Positions 35,417 to 46,800 of a DNA stretch of 64,000 nucleotides are shown here, in pieces. Positions within the stretch are counted from its first letter, which is position 1; the number at the start of each line of letters is the position of its first letter. This stretch comes from Hydrolagus affinis (taxonomy: Eukaryota): NCBI GenBank assembly GCA_012026655.1, contig JAAILG010000164.1:1-64000 (forward strand). The letters are read 5' to 3'. The notes beneath the pieces were generated by a model. The model worked only from the letters and a program-made list of their open reading frames with translations, was not told the DNA's origin and made no database searches. The translations under genes and the position numbers were made by a program.

Positions 35417-37294
35417 GTCATGTCAACAACTCAATACAAGGTAAATTAATTTTATAACAACAAACAAAATGAAACAAGAGGAATTTTCTCAACCTACACT
35501 TTGCAGAAACCTTCTTAAAGGCCATTTTCCCTGTGGCAACTTTCTTCAACATGTTAGCAAGTCAGTCCTCATTTTGTTTCATTTTCCTTGCATTTGATAT
35601 AGTGTCTATCACGTCTTTCAGACGTCTCAAAGTGCTTCACCGAATATGCTGTAAAATGAATTGACTGCATAATTTGTGTGCAAAATTTGAGTACTGTATT
35701 GTATAAATAATATCAACTGGAATAGCAAAGCTATTGTGTGATTCATAGAAAGATTTGTCTATAGTACACCCTGCGGATACCTCAGGCTCACCCTCTGAAA
35801 CTGAATCCCCCTTAGCTACAGTTTAGCTTTAACAAAGTCAAAACTGAGAATGGTGTGGTTGGGATGATGTGAGTCAGTCTTTTCACTGTGAAGGTGTGAC
35901 ACTTATTCTATTGAAGAATCAGATTGCACAACTCCATTGATGACAGCCTTTCAGTAGCTGCTTATCTCACCATTTCCAGGAGGTTATTATTGTCCTCTGC
36001 AACTCTAAACAGAGGAGATAAAATATATATATTTATTTCAGGTTTTGAATTAAGAAAACTTCCATATATAGCACAACATTCAGGACCTGAATAGAAGTAT
36101 GGAAGATGACACTCCCAGCTAACAAGAATAATGCACATCCGGGAATTGATCTGATGAGTAATTGCAGTTAGAGAAGATTGATGATAGTGATTGCAGCAAA
36201 CAATTGTGTTATCTCAAGAAACATTTCACCAGAAAGAGACCCATAGAACAATTTGGTGGCTGTTTGGAACTTATTTCAGATAGGCCTATAGTGGGCCACT
36301 ACAGTGACTTCTAGGGTTTGAGGGGAGAAATCAGTGACTTTTAGATTCTCATCACCCCTGATCACTAATGCAGTGAAGAAGGGATCAGGTTGAAATACAA
36401 TCTCTTCCATTATTCACTAGGTCTTGTTGTCAGCGCCTTGGGACGTCCTCTCGACGTGAAAAGCTCTATATAAATCTAAGCTTTGATTGATTGATTGTTG
36501 TCATTTAGGATTCGACTCAAACATAAAGAGTGGCCATTTGAGCAAAGTCCCGCAGTGCTGCTGGCATCTGTGAAATAGAAAGTAAACTGGGAACAATACT
36601 TTCAGGTGCACTAAGGCAGGAGAACAAGAGGGCACATGTTTTGGATGTTCAGGACCAACAAGGGCAATTTCAGGAGAAGATGCCAGGAAATATCAACAAG
36701 AGTGGTTGAGACCAGGTCAGTGCAGTCACTTCAGCAGCAGCTTGACTCTGTAATGAGGAAGATAGCAAAGTGCATATTTGGAAGCATGAGATCAAATGGG
36801 ACAAAGGGCTTCTTCATCCGAAGAACAACACGACGACAACAAAATTACATTTGTAGAGCATCTTTCATGTCGGGAGGACATCACAAGTGGGTGGTCAGGA
36901 AACCTGTTGCTACAGGAAGTGTTAAGACAACATTTCTAGATGACTGGTAATCCTTCAATGAAGACATTAAATTGAGGCCCCAGTTGTCAGTTCAGGTGGA
37001 TGCTAAAGATTCCTATGATACTATTCGAGAAGAGGCAGATGTTTCCCTCAAAGTCCTGGTCAACAATCCCCCAAATAAAATTGGTCACTTCAGGATGCTA
37101 AGCTTTTTCTGAAAAAAGTAATGTCTGTAAAATGTTTATACATATATTAATTTTATTGCTCACAAATTGAGCAGGATGTACAAGAGGCTCACACACAGGA
37201 CCTCACCTCAGGTCACATGGTGATGGGGTTCTGCATGTTTCATACCTGGCAGACAAAAAAACTAGGCTAACTCAAATTAAGAAGCAAGGAGACA

Positions 37295-37550
37295 ACAATA
37301 AAATTACATTTGTATAGTGCCTGTATAGCATATAGCTCACATCGGGAGGACAACCCAAGGTGCCGGACAGTCAGTGTTTCAGAGTCAAGCTGGGGATAGG
37401 GATTCTGGTGGGCAGTAGGGCAAGGAGGTTGATCGAAACCAGGTCAAATCGGAGGACCTTGAGGTGGGTCTTGAAGGAGGCAAGTGATGGAGAGAGGTGG
37501 AGGGACTGCGGGTTGGAGTTCCAGAGGGTGGGGCAAAGTGTCCGAAGGCC
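37295..37550 (-). mobile_element. L2 3' end
   Basis: aattacatttgtatagtgc...ggaggacaacccaaggtgccggacagtc...ggtcttgaaggaggc...ggagttccagagg. Confidence 0.8.
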
Positions 37551-38084
37551 CGCCAGTCAAGTAATGGATCAACTGGTGTATCAAAGTGTAGTGTGAGTTT
37601 AAAGTGCCAGCCAGGTTTATCTTTCAGCCTAGAACAATCTCAAACTCCCAACAAAGTTCAGTAGAAAACTGTCAGCTCAAAAACTATCAATGCCAACTAG
37701 TTAAATCAGAATTTTTGTTCCCCTGATTTTGTCAGATTTCACAGCGAATCTTGTACTGTAATGTCAAACGCAAATCAGAAGTTGTTAATTGATACAGGAA
37801 CTTCTAATTTGCAAATACCGTACTTTCAAACAATGTGTTTGAATGTTTGCACACAAGGGAGGGAGTTTCGGAAAATGACACCATCTGGAACAAAGTTAGA
37901 CAGACTGAAAAATCAGCAAGCAAGGCTGTATCACTGTTACTCTGTGTGGACTTCCGAATTGATGCAGGATATTGAGATGCAGTACGTGCACATCTCTTGT
38001 GTTGCTGGCATACGCAGAGTGGATTGTTTTAAGAATATCTATTCTTCTACTTTTCCACTTCAAGTCAGGATCCCAGGTTATGAG

Positions 38085-38870
38085 CTGTCTTCCTGCCTGT
38101 CAGACATCAAGGCCTGAATGACCATCAACTTTCTATAGCTTAACATGGACAAGATAGAAGCCATCCCCCTTGGCTCCTGCCAACATCTCCTGACCTCTGC
38201 TCCAACCTCCACAACCCCACAGTCCTGTAGCTCAGTGGTTAGAGCGTTCGCCTTACAAGCAAGGAATCTCGGTTCAATTCCTGGCTGGGTGAAACCTTAG
38301 GCAAGTTTCCTTACTCCATATGCCTGATAATAATCCCTCAAGAAAAAAAAGAATAATAGTTTGATGACTGCTTGTGGGACACCATTGGTTTCATTTGGCT
38401 GCCGCGTTTTGCCCACAAATATAGTCAATTCACTTTACAGTATATTCAGTGAAGCACTTTGAGAGGTCTAGAAGATGTGAAAAGTGCTAAATCATAAGCA
38501 AAGATTATTATTGTTGTTCAATATTACCAATTCAGTGCCTAATCTCTGGTTTGATCTTCAGGTGTCCTTTCTATCGAACATTCTTTCCCTGACCAAGACT
38601 ACTATTCTCCACCTCTGCCACATTGCCCGGCTACACCCCTATTTCATACCGAATGACACTGAAACCCTTATTAATGATTTCACCATTCCTATTTTGACAT
38701 CTCAAATGTTTTCATTTGCCTTCCCAGTTCCTCCATCATCTAGATCCAGCCCATCCAAACTCTGGCTCCCCTATCTGCACCTGCACCAAAACTGCATGCC
38801 CATCATCCCAATCCTCATCAGACTCCATTGGCTCTCTGTTTCTGAATGGATCAATTTCATGGTCTTCACA
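38085..38870 (+). mobile_element. L2 ORF2 fragment interrupted by a SINE
   Basis: CLSDIKA...NFL-LNMDK-E remnant before 38220, and LHLCHIARLHP...TETLI...LHWL remnant after 38513. Confidence 0.8.
38221..38512 (+). mobile_element. tRNA-headed SINE, short subfamily, nested in L2
   Basis: agtcctgtagctcagtggttagagcg...ggttcaattcc...ctccatatgcctgataataatccctc...tail. Confidence 0.9.
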
Positions 38871-39669
38871 CATACATCTCTTAAAGGGGTATGAGATGTC
38901 CTCCCAATTCAATAATGAAGGTTTGCTTTATTAATGAACCTTGTACATGTGGTCCGCATTTCTTTCTTCTAGCCTCCCCACTGTCCCCTCTCTATCCTTC
39001 TTTACCTAAAGAGCAACCTTCAAACACCCTGAGACACATTTATGAGGATTTCCCCATGCACAAATTGGATTCTGAGTTTTAGCCAAGGCAATGGGTATGC
39101 ACATGTGTCAGATACATAACTAGCCCCCCCGTCACCCCAAAATGCTGAGCAAATTAGGTACAGTTTGTGGCATCTGTTCCTTCTGTTCATTAATCCTCAT
39201 ATATCTGAAATGGTGTGTATCATGGTCAGTGGTTGTCTTGTTATCTCCAACACCCTGAATAAAACTCAGTTTGATCAATGTGTAGGCCTCTGCTGTGTTG
39301 CTTGCAATCCTATAAATCACAATGAACTTTAGAAATCAGTTCTGTTGAAGGCTCATTCCCCAAATTAGCCAGTTTACCTCTTTTTTTTAATCTGTTTGTG
39401 AATTTCTATCATTTGGATTTTCTTTTCAGGTATTCAATATGTGAAGTTGTTTGTTTTAGTGGTTATCATTCACAGATAATTGATTTCTGATGCCCAATAA
39501 TCTTCCTATGATGTACTAAATTTATTGTCACAATATAATTTGTGCTACATATCACTGTTTAGTCACTGTTTCCTGTCTCTCACTGACAAATACAATACAA
39601 TTTACAATAACATTTATATAATACCTTGCACTTTGGGAGGATATCCCAAAGTAATTACAAAATATTGTA

Positions 39670-40500
39670 TCATAGCAAACTAAATTTAATAACAGCAAAT
39701 GTGCGGTTATACATTTGGGGAGGAAGAATAAGCAGAACAGGGATATATTGGGTAGTAATGTAGTAAAATGATTGGAAAAGTAAAGGGACTTGGGGGTTAA
39801 TGTAAATAAATCCTTAAATGTAGGAAAGAAGGTTGACAAAGCTGTGAAAAAGGCTAATGGAATTTTAGGTTTAATAAATAGAAAATGAAAGCGAAGCGGT
39901 AATTGTAAACTTATATAAAGACCACCGGTAGAATATAATGTCAGTATTGGTCACTCTACTTTGGGAATGATGCCAAGGTTATGGAGGGGGCGGGGCGCAG
40001 ATTTATTAGAACGATACCATGGATGAGTGGTTTGGCCCATGAGCAGAGACTGGATTAACAAGGAGTTTTTCCGTCGGAACGAAGAAAGTTGACCAGATAG
40101 AAGTCTTTACAATTTGAGGGGTTTTGATAGAGTCACTAGGAAGAAATTATTTCCACTGGTCAGTGAGTCACTACTAGAGGGCATCAATTCAAATAGTTAG
40201 TAAACCAGCAAGTCTAGAAGATATGAACAGCGCTATATCAAAAGCAAGGATTATTATTATATTAAGTGGGGAATTAGGAAAAATATGTTCATGTACAGAG
40301 TGGTTAGGATATGGAATGCTTTACCAGGAGCAGTGGTTGAGGCAGAATCCATCTTGGCCTTCAAGAAGGAACTAGATAAATACTACAGTGGTTTGAGGAA
40401 AGGGCAGGTAAATGGGATTGAAAGGATTGCCCTCAAGAGAGATGACACAGACAGGATGGGCAAAATAGAACTTCTGCACTGTAAATTTAGGTGGTTCATT
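39670..40500 (+). mobile_element. CR1 ORF2 3' fragment, with a SINE tail inserted at ~40205-40262
   Basis: FN..KC.V.H.G remnant; agggacttgggggtt (RDLGV); KKANGILG; RVVRIWNALP..VVEAESI..FKKELDKY. Confidence 0.85.
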
Positions 40501-40669
40501 CAAGTTTGAACTGCAAATCAATTAACTTGCTGTATCACCTTAAAATCATTTGTTTACAATAATACTTAGTGAATCCTGTAAAGTGATTCGATACATCTTC
40601 CTGATGTGAAAGGTGCTACATTAAATGAAGGATTATTATTATTATTTATGAACTCCTTTTTATCAACAC

Positions 40670-40900
40670 TTTGTGGCAGAGAATTCCTCATTCCTCTGAG
40701 CATTCATTTTTATTAACCTCCTATTTAATTTTTTTGCGATGGCTGTATCTTAAATTTGTGCCCTCCGGTTACTGACTGGGCATCCGGTGGAAATAATCTA
40801 TTATAATGTACTTGATCAAAATCCTTCATCATTTGAAAGACTTCCATTGGATCAGGTCACCCCTTAATCCTTTCAGCTCTCCCCAAAAAAAATCCAACTT
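40670..40900 (-). mobile_element. Old CR1 fragment
   Basis: ggcagagaattcc, tttgtgccctccggttact, tcaaaatccttcatcatttgaaagacttcc...atcaggtcaccccttaatcct. Confidence 0.65.
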
Positions 40901-41969
40901 CAAACCAGTGAGTCTTTTTTATGTTTGCTTAAACCCATCTTGCCGTTGAGTATGTTCAGCATAGGGTAATGAATGCTGTTGACATAGTTACAAGGCTGTA
41001 ATTCAATTTTGAGTTTTTTTAAAACTGTAAAGAGCTACATCTCTGTGGTTTATGGAAACCAGCAGCATGTCAATGTCAGCCTCGATAATTCTTTCCATGG
41101 TATAATTTATGTTACATACCATATTTTAACCAAGATTGTTACATGCCAAAATAGTTATACTGATTTTTTTCTCTGTCATAGGTGTCCTGAGTATTTTCGT
41201 GATGTGGTTCTGCTCCACCAGGAAAGTTTGCAGATTTTTCTTGTCTGTTTATCAAAAATAGCATCTCAAATTATTATTAAAACAACGGCATTGTAAGTGC
41301 AGCATTAACATTTACTTTTAAAATTGCCTAACATTTATTTACAAGCACACAAATGTATCAAACTAAGGAAATGGAGTATAATAGTACTTAATGTGCATTA
41401 GCAAAGCCACTAGTTGGAGAGGATGTATCCCAAATAGTCTTGGAAAGCAATACAACAAAGTGCCCGTGTTGCACTTAATGAAATTCCTTAAAGGTCATAG
41501 CGTTGCTCAAATAGAATAAGAAATCAGCGCAATTCACAGGCCAGTATGGCAGGAACATTCCTCATTCCCACATTAAACTCCATTTGAAACACTAACTGTT
41601 ATGCCACGGCCTCTAATTTAACATTTAACATTGGTTATGGTTGCCACACTAATAGAGAATCTACATATAAATTGTTCCTTTCAACATAGCTTTCAAAGGT
41701 GGACGTCTAAATTAGGTTTGCTGTATTGATTTGGTAACTGGATGTTTTATTAATGATTCATGGTCACCTAGGAGAAGTGTTAGGATATTAGCCTATGTTT
41801 TATTGCCTAGAAAGCTATAAGTGTTATCATCTAAAATTATGTTTAAAATGTTCTCCATGAGAAGGTTATTTACATTGCAGTGCTCTGGCATCGGATTTCA
41901 CTATCAAATATAATTCACAGTATTAAGAGTTTGTTTGAAAGCTATTTTCTTGAAAGCTATTTTCCTCCT

Positions 41970-43643
41970 GCTTCCTAGATCCCATCCCCAGCCCTCTCCT
42001 TACCACTCAGCTCCACCTTCTAGCCCCTCTAATCACTGACACTATCAACCTGTCCCTCTCATCCAGGACTGTCCCCACTGCCTTCAAAACCACCACCATC
42101 ACCCACATCCTAAAAAAGCCTTCCCTCAATCTATCGCAGCTATCTAGCTACCGGCCCATCTCCAACCTCCCCTTCCTTTCCAAGGTCCTTGAAAGAATGG
42201 TTGGCTCCCAGCTCCGCTCTCTCCTCACACAACACTCACTCCTCGAGCCCCTCCAATCAGGTTTCTGTGCCTCCCACAGCACGGAAACTGCCCTGGTCAA
42301 GGTCACAAACGACATCCTGACCATCTGTGACCAGGGCTCCCTCTGCCTCCTCGTCCTATCTGCTGCCTTTGATACCGTGGATCATGGTATCCTCCTCCAC
42401 TGCCTCTCCACCCTCTTCAACCTGCAAGGATCTGTCTTCGAATGGTTCCAATCCTATTTCTCCCACCGCCTTCACTTCGTCTCTTTCAATGGCTTCTCCT
42501 CCAGCTCCCGCACAGTCACATAAGGCATTCCCCAAGGCTCTGTCCTTGGCCCCCTGCTGTTCACCCTCTACACTCTCCCCCTGGGCAACATCATCCATAG
42601 ACATGGGGTAAATTTCCACATGTACGCGGATGACACCCAACTCTACCTATCTGCGTCAATCCTCGATTCCAGGACCACTGGCGTTCTGACTGCATGTCTG
42701 TCCGACATCGAGTCCTGGACGTGGACAAATTTCCTACAACTCAAACTCAACAGAACGGAAGCCCTCCTGATTGGCTCATGTCAGTGCCTCTGCACCTCAG
42801 GTGCTAACAATATCAGCGTTCAAGGCTGCTCTCTCCACTTCTCAAAGCCAATCAGGAATCTGGGCGTCTTGTTCAACCCCGAGCTATCCTTCCTCCCCCA
42901 CATCCGCTCCATGACCGGCACAGCCTTCCATCACCTCCACAATATTGCCAGACTCCACCACAGCCTCACCCCACCACGCCGCTGAAACTCTCATCCACGC
43001 CTTTATCACTTCCAGGCTTGACCACGGGAACTCTCTCCTTGTCGGCCTCCCCAGCTCCTCCCTTCACAGGCTGCAGATCATTCAGAACTCTGCAGCTCGT
43101 GTACTCTCCCGTACCAGGCTTCGCGACCACATCACTCCCACCCTCGCCCGTCTCCATTGACTCCCTGTCACCCAGAGGATCAAATTCAAGATCTTTGTCC
43201 TCACTTTCAAGGCCATTCACAGCCTTGTCCCCGCCTATCTCTCTGAAATACTATCTCCCCATCAGTCTGCCCGCACCCTCTGTTCAGCAGACTCAGGTCT
43301 GCTCCGTGTTCACCACCCTAACTGCCCAACCATCAGTGGCCGGACCTTCAGCCTCTTTGCTCCCACACTGTGGGACTCCATCCCGCAGCCCCTCTGCCTT
43401 GCTTCCTCCCTTTCCTCCTTCAAGGCCGGTCTCAAGACCTTCCTCTTCGACCACGCCTTCGGCTGCCCTACTAACTCTTCCCCCTCTCCCACTCTCCTTC
43501 CCCTTCCCCTTCCCCCTACTTCGACCCTCCCCCAGCCCCCCCCCCCTCTCCCCCCCCCCTGCTCGGGTCTCGACTAGACTGTTTAGCGCTTTGGGACGTC
43601 CTCCCGAAAGGCGCTATATAAGTGCAATCTTGTTGTTGTTGTT
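41970..43643 (+). mobile_element. 5'-truncated L2-clade LINE with a degenerate reverse-transcriptase ORF2; best-preserved copy in the window
   Basis: Encodes DPIP...YRPISNLPFLSKVLE...QSGF..HSTETAL..V.NDIL...SAAFDTVDH...[14 protein letters not shown]...MYADDTQLY...LHNIARL...SRLD..NSLL...LQIIQNSAAR...DHITP.L..LH. Stops at 42521 and 43158 and a frameshift near 42965. Tail agcgctttgggacgtcctcccgaaaggcgctatataagtgcaatc(ttg)n. Confidence 0.96.
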
Positions 43644-43644
43644 T

Positions 43645-44170
43645 CTTTTGTCCAATGGGTGCCTAACACATGCAGAAACCTATCACCATGTTTAGGATTA
43701 TCCAAACCAGATTGATACTTCCACATGTCACAAGATAACAAGATTTGTTTGATTGAAGCATATCAGATCTCATCCTTCCACAATACCTACCCTACGATCC
43801 GTCCATCATAGCATCAAAATGCTCTTTAAATGTGTGCAATGTCCAGGCCTCAAACAACTTTCCTAACAACCTGTTTCAGTCATTATGTATGCCGCCAATA
43901 CAGAGATTTATCTGTGCATGGAAAGGAGTGTGCACTTCCTCCCTGGAGTGACACATCCCACTTACCTAATTCCAGAGATCATTAGGCAAAAGACAAGGCA
44001 TGGAAATCTCAGAGTGTGTGTAAGGGTACTGGAGTTTAACCAGCTAAAACTGCCTGGTTTGCCATTGAAAACACTGTCTGACAAGCTAACACTGTTTGTC
44101 CAGCAATAACCATCCTACTAAATAAGGCTTTGGCTTACAGGGTTAACAGAAGCTTATTGGGAAGAATCGC
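43645..44170 (-). repeat. Unnamed ~400-bp repeat copy, interrupted by a CR1-tail-like fragment (~43740-43890)
   Basis: Reverse complement shows gtaagccaaagcc / ggcagttttagctggttaaactcc / ggaattaggtaagtggg / gtgcacactc, and at 43645-43730 catggtgataggtttctgcatgtgttaggcaccc. Confidence 0.7.
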
Positions 44171-44424
44171 ACCCGCCACCACCCCCCTGAAAGACTATAT
44201 CAATATAAATTGTATTAAAGGAAAATCAGTGAATAGTAGAATAATAATTAATGCAGGGTTGACTGATTTATCAATACTCCAATATATGTTTTCACAGACT
44301 GATATGTAATGTTGCACATGTCTGTCAAAATAATCCTGAGGGGAGCATTGCTTTAGAATACTAGAAATCATAGTACAGAATAAGACCCACTGAGTCTAAA
44401 CTATTGTGTGCTTCTCCAAAGCTT

Positions 44425-44605
44425 TAATAATAATAATCTTTGCATTTGATATCGCACCTTATCATGTCTTCTAGACAATTCCAAGAGCTTCATACAATAT
44501 ACTGGAAAGCGAATTGACTGTATGTTTTGTGGGCAAAATGCGGCAGTCAATTGCGCACAGCAGTGTCCCACAAACAGTCATGGATTGAAGTGACAAATTT
44601 CTTTT
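44425..44605 (-). mobile_element. tRNA-SINE 3' half
   Basis: taataatctttgcatttgatatc...gaattgactg...ttgcgcacagcagtgtcccacaaacagtc. Confidence 0.85.
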
Positions 44606-44691
44606 TAAGGAAATAATTTTCATTCCCTTAAAGAGTGGCGCAGGCAAATTGAATAATGACTTTCAAAAGGGAATTGGCAAGTGAACAATAC

Positions 44692-44984
44692 TGGTTATAC
44701 TTAGAAGGATAGATTCATACAATCATAGAATCTAACATCACATCTTACAGCCTGTGCTGGATCTTTGAAAGAGATATCTAACTCCCACTACCACCCTTTT
44801 CCCCCATAGCCTTCCAGATTTTGGAATTTGGATACTGGAAAAGGAAAAATTTGCAAGGCTATGTGGGAAAAAGGTGGTAGTGTGACTAGTTAGATATCTC
44901 TTTCAAAGATCCAGCACAGGCTGTAAGATGTGATGTTAGATTCTATGATCGTATAAATCTATCTTTCTAAATACAGTATAACCA
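44692..44984. repeat. Long inverted repeat (fold-back duplication of a CR1 3' tail plus flank)
   Basis: 44722-44783 is the exact reverse complement of 44888-44949 (62 bp). The arms extend imperfectly to ~125 bp each. Confidence 0.95.
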
Positions 44985-45572
44985 CAAACTCTGCAACCTA
45001 TTGATGCTAATATTAAATTCTACACAGAGTTCAGCTTCTGACAGAAGTCCAGTGGATTTTTAGCCTTGTATCATTATTTTCTTTCCGAGTTACCAGCGAG
45101 TGAACTACACTGAATTTGGCTGATAAAAAGTTTGATGGGCATGAAGCCGAAGAGAAATTAGAGTGTAAACCTGAAATATTACATTATAAACTAAATCAAC
45201 AGCGACTGACGGCATGTTAAAGCTTTAACTTCAGACAGCTGTCTCTGGTTTAGGAGAGATGTGTTATGATGTTTTACGGGTTAGATATGAATCAGGACAA
45301 GAATGAAAAGCCATGATGGCAATTATTCAATATCTGTAACCTTGACTTCCTGTCACAAATGGGAGGGAACCTACTCCGAAATAGATTGATTTAAAGTGCC
45401 CCATAAATCAACATCATGGTAATAAACTTGAAAATTTGACCCTAATCCTTCTGTGCTATCTCTACTTATAAGGGTAAATAAGAGTCCCTGTTCCATGGTT
45501 GATTTGTCTGCATGTGTGTGGTCATCCCATAGAACACAATGCGTGTTTATGTATGGAGCGATGATATTATCA

Positions 45573-46800
45573 AACTACAACAACAACCAAATTAAATTTG
45601 TATAGTGCCTTACACATTCGCAGGAGGTCCCAAGGCACTGGACATTCAGTGTTTCAGACACAAGCTGGGGTTGGGATCGGGAAGGGAGGGGAAGAGGGGT
45701 GACTGATGATACGGTCGAAGAGTACGGACTTGAGGTGGGGTTGAAGGAGGCGAGGGAGGGGGCGAGATGGAGCGATTGTGCGATGGAATTCCAAAGATTG
45801 GGGATATAGTGGCTGAAGACTTGCCTGCCGATGGTGGGGCAGGTGGGGCAGGGGAAATGGAGTAGGCCGGAGCCTGCTGAGTGGACGGAGCAGACAGGTT
45901 GGTGGGGGGTTAAGGGCTCTCAGAGGTAGGGTGGAGCAAGGCCATGGTGGGCTTTGAAGATGAGGACCAGAATCTTGAATTGAATCCTCTGGGTGATGGG
46001 AAGCCAGCGGAGTCGAGCAAGAATGAGGGTGATAGGGTCCCGGAGCTTGGTAAGGGAGAAGATGTGACCTGCAGAGTTCTACATGATTTGCAGCCAATGA
46101 AGGGAGGAATTGGGGAGACCAACAAGCCTAGTTGAGCCTGGGCATGATGAATGAATAAGACTGAGGGTTAAGATAGTGGCAGTGTTGGGCAATGTTGCGG
46201 AGTCGAGGGAAGGCAGAGCGGGTCATGGCATGAATGTGGGGGAGAAAAGACAGTTGAGGATCAAACAAGACACCTAGGTTCCTGACTAGCTTGGTGAGGT
46301 GGAGTGTGCAGCTATGGAGGTTGATGCTGCCAGTGCCTGAGATGCAGAGGTGCTGGCACAAGCCAATCTGGAGGGCCTCAGTCTTGTTGACATTCAACTG
46401 TAGAAAGTTAGCTCTCATCCAGGACTTGATGTTTGACAGGCAGCCTGGACAGTAGTGCTCCTTGAAATGAGTGTGGAGGCAGAAAGATAGTGTCATCCGT
46501 ATACATATGGAAGTTGGCCCCATGTCTGCAGATGATGTTACCAAGGGGGAGCATGTAGATGTTGAAAAGGAGAGGACTAAGGACAGAGCCCTGGGGGACA
46601 TCACACGCGACAGTATGGGAGCTGGAGGAGAAGCCATTAGTGGTGACAAGGTGGAGACGGTAGGAGAGCTAAGATTTGAACCTGGTAAAGATTGAGCTGA
46701 GAGGAGATGCAGTTTAGAAGGTTGATAGTGTCATAGATAGCAGAGATGTTGAGGAGGACAAGAAAGCAGAGAGAGCCCTGATCACAGATGTTTAGAATAT
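45573..46800 (-). mobile_element. L2 LINE 3' part with a degenerate RT
   Basis: Reverse strand shows ICDQGSLCFLVLL, VPQGSVL.PLLF, HMYTDD, CLSNIKSWMRANFLQLNVNKTE, VRNLGVLFD, LRNIA. The tail is at 45573-45650. Confidence 0.93.

Noticed and set aside
40168-40186. CTCF-like ACTAGAGGGCA (also ~52823-52838)
   Set aside because: Falls in CR1 ORF2 sequence (TRGH-coding motif), so it is explained by the repeat.
42197-43160. Reverse transcriptase ORFs as a functional gene or retron/DGR-like system
   Set aside because: Vertebrate L2 LINE relic with stops, a frameshift, 5' truncation and the standard L2 tail.
43480-43560. G-quadruplex-capable C-rich tracts (also 7590-7640, 62275-62315)
   Set aside because: Low-complexity or L2 3' UTR sequence with no independent evidence of function.
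43018-43695. 225-aa Pro/Ser-rich ORF, the longest in the track
   Set aside because: Alternative frame of the C-rich L2 3' region.
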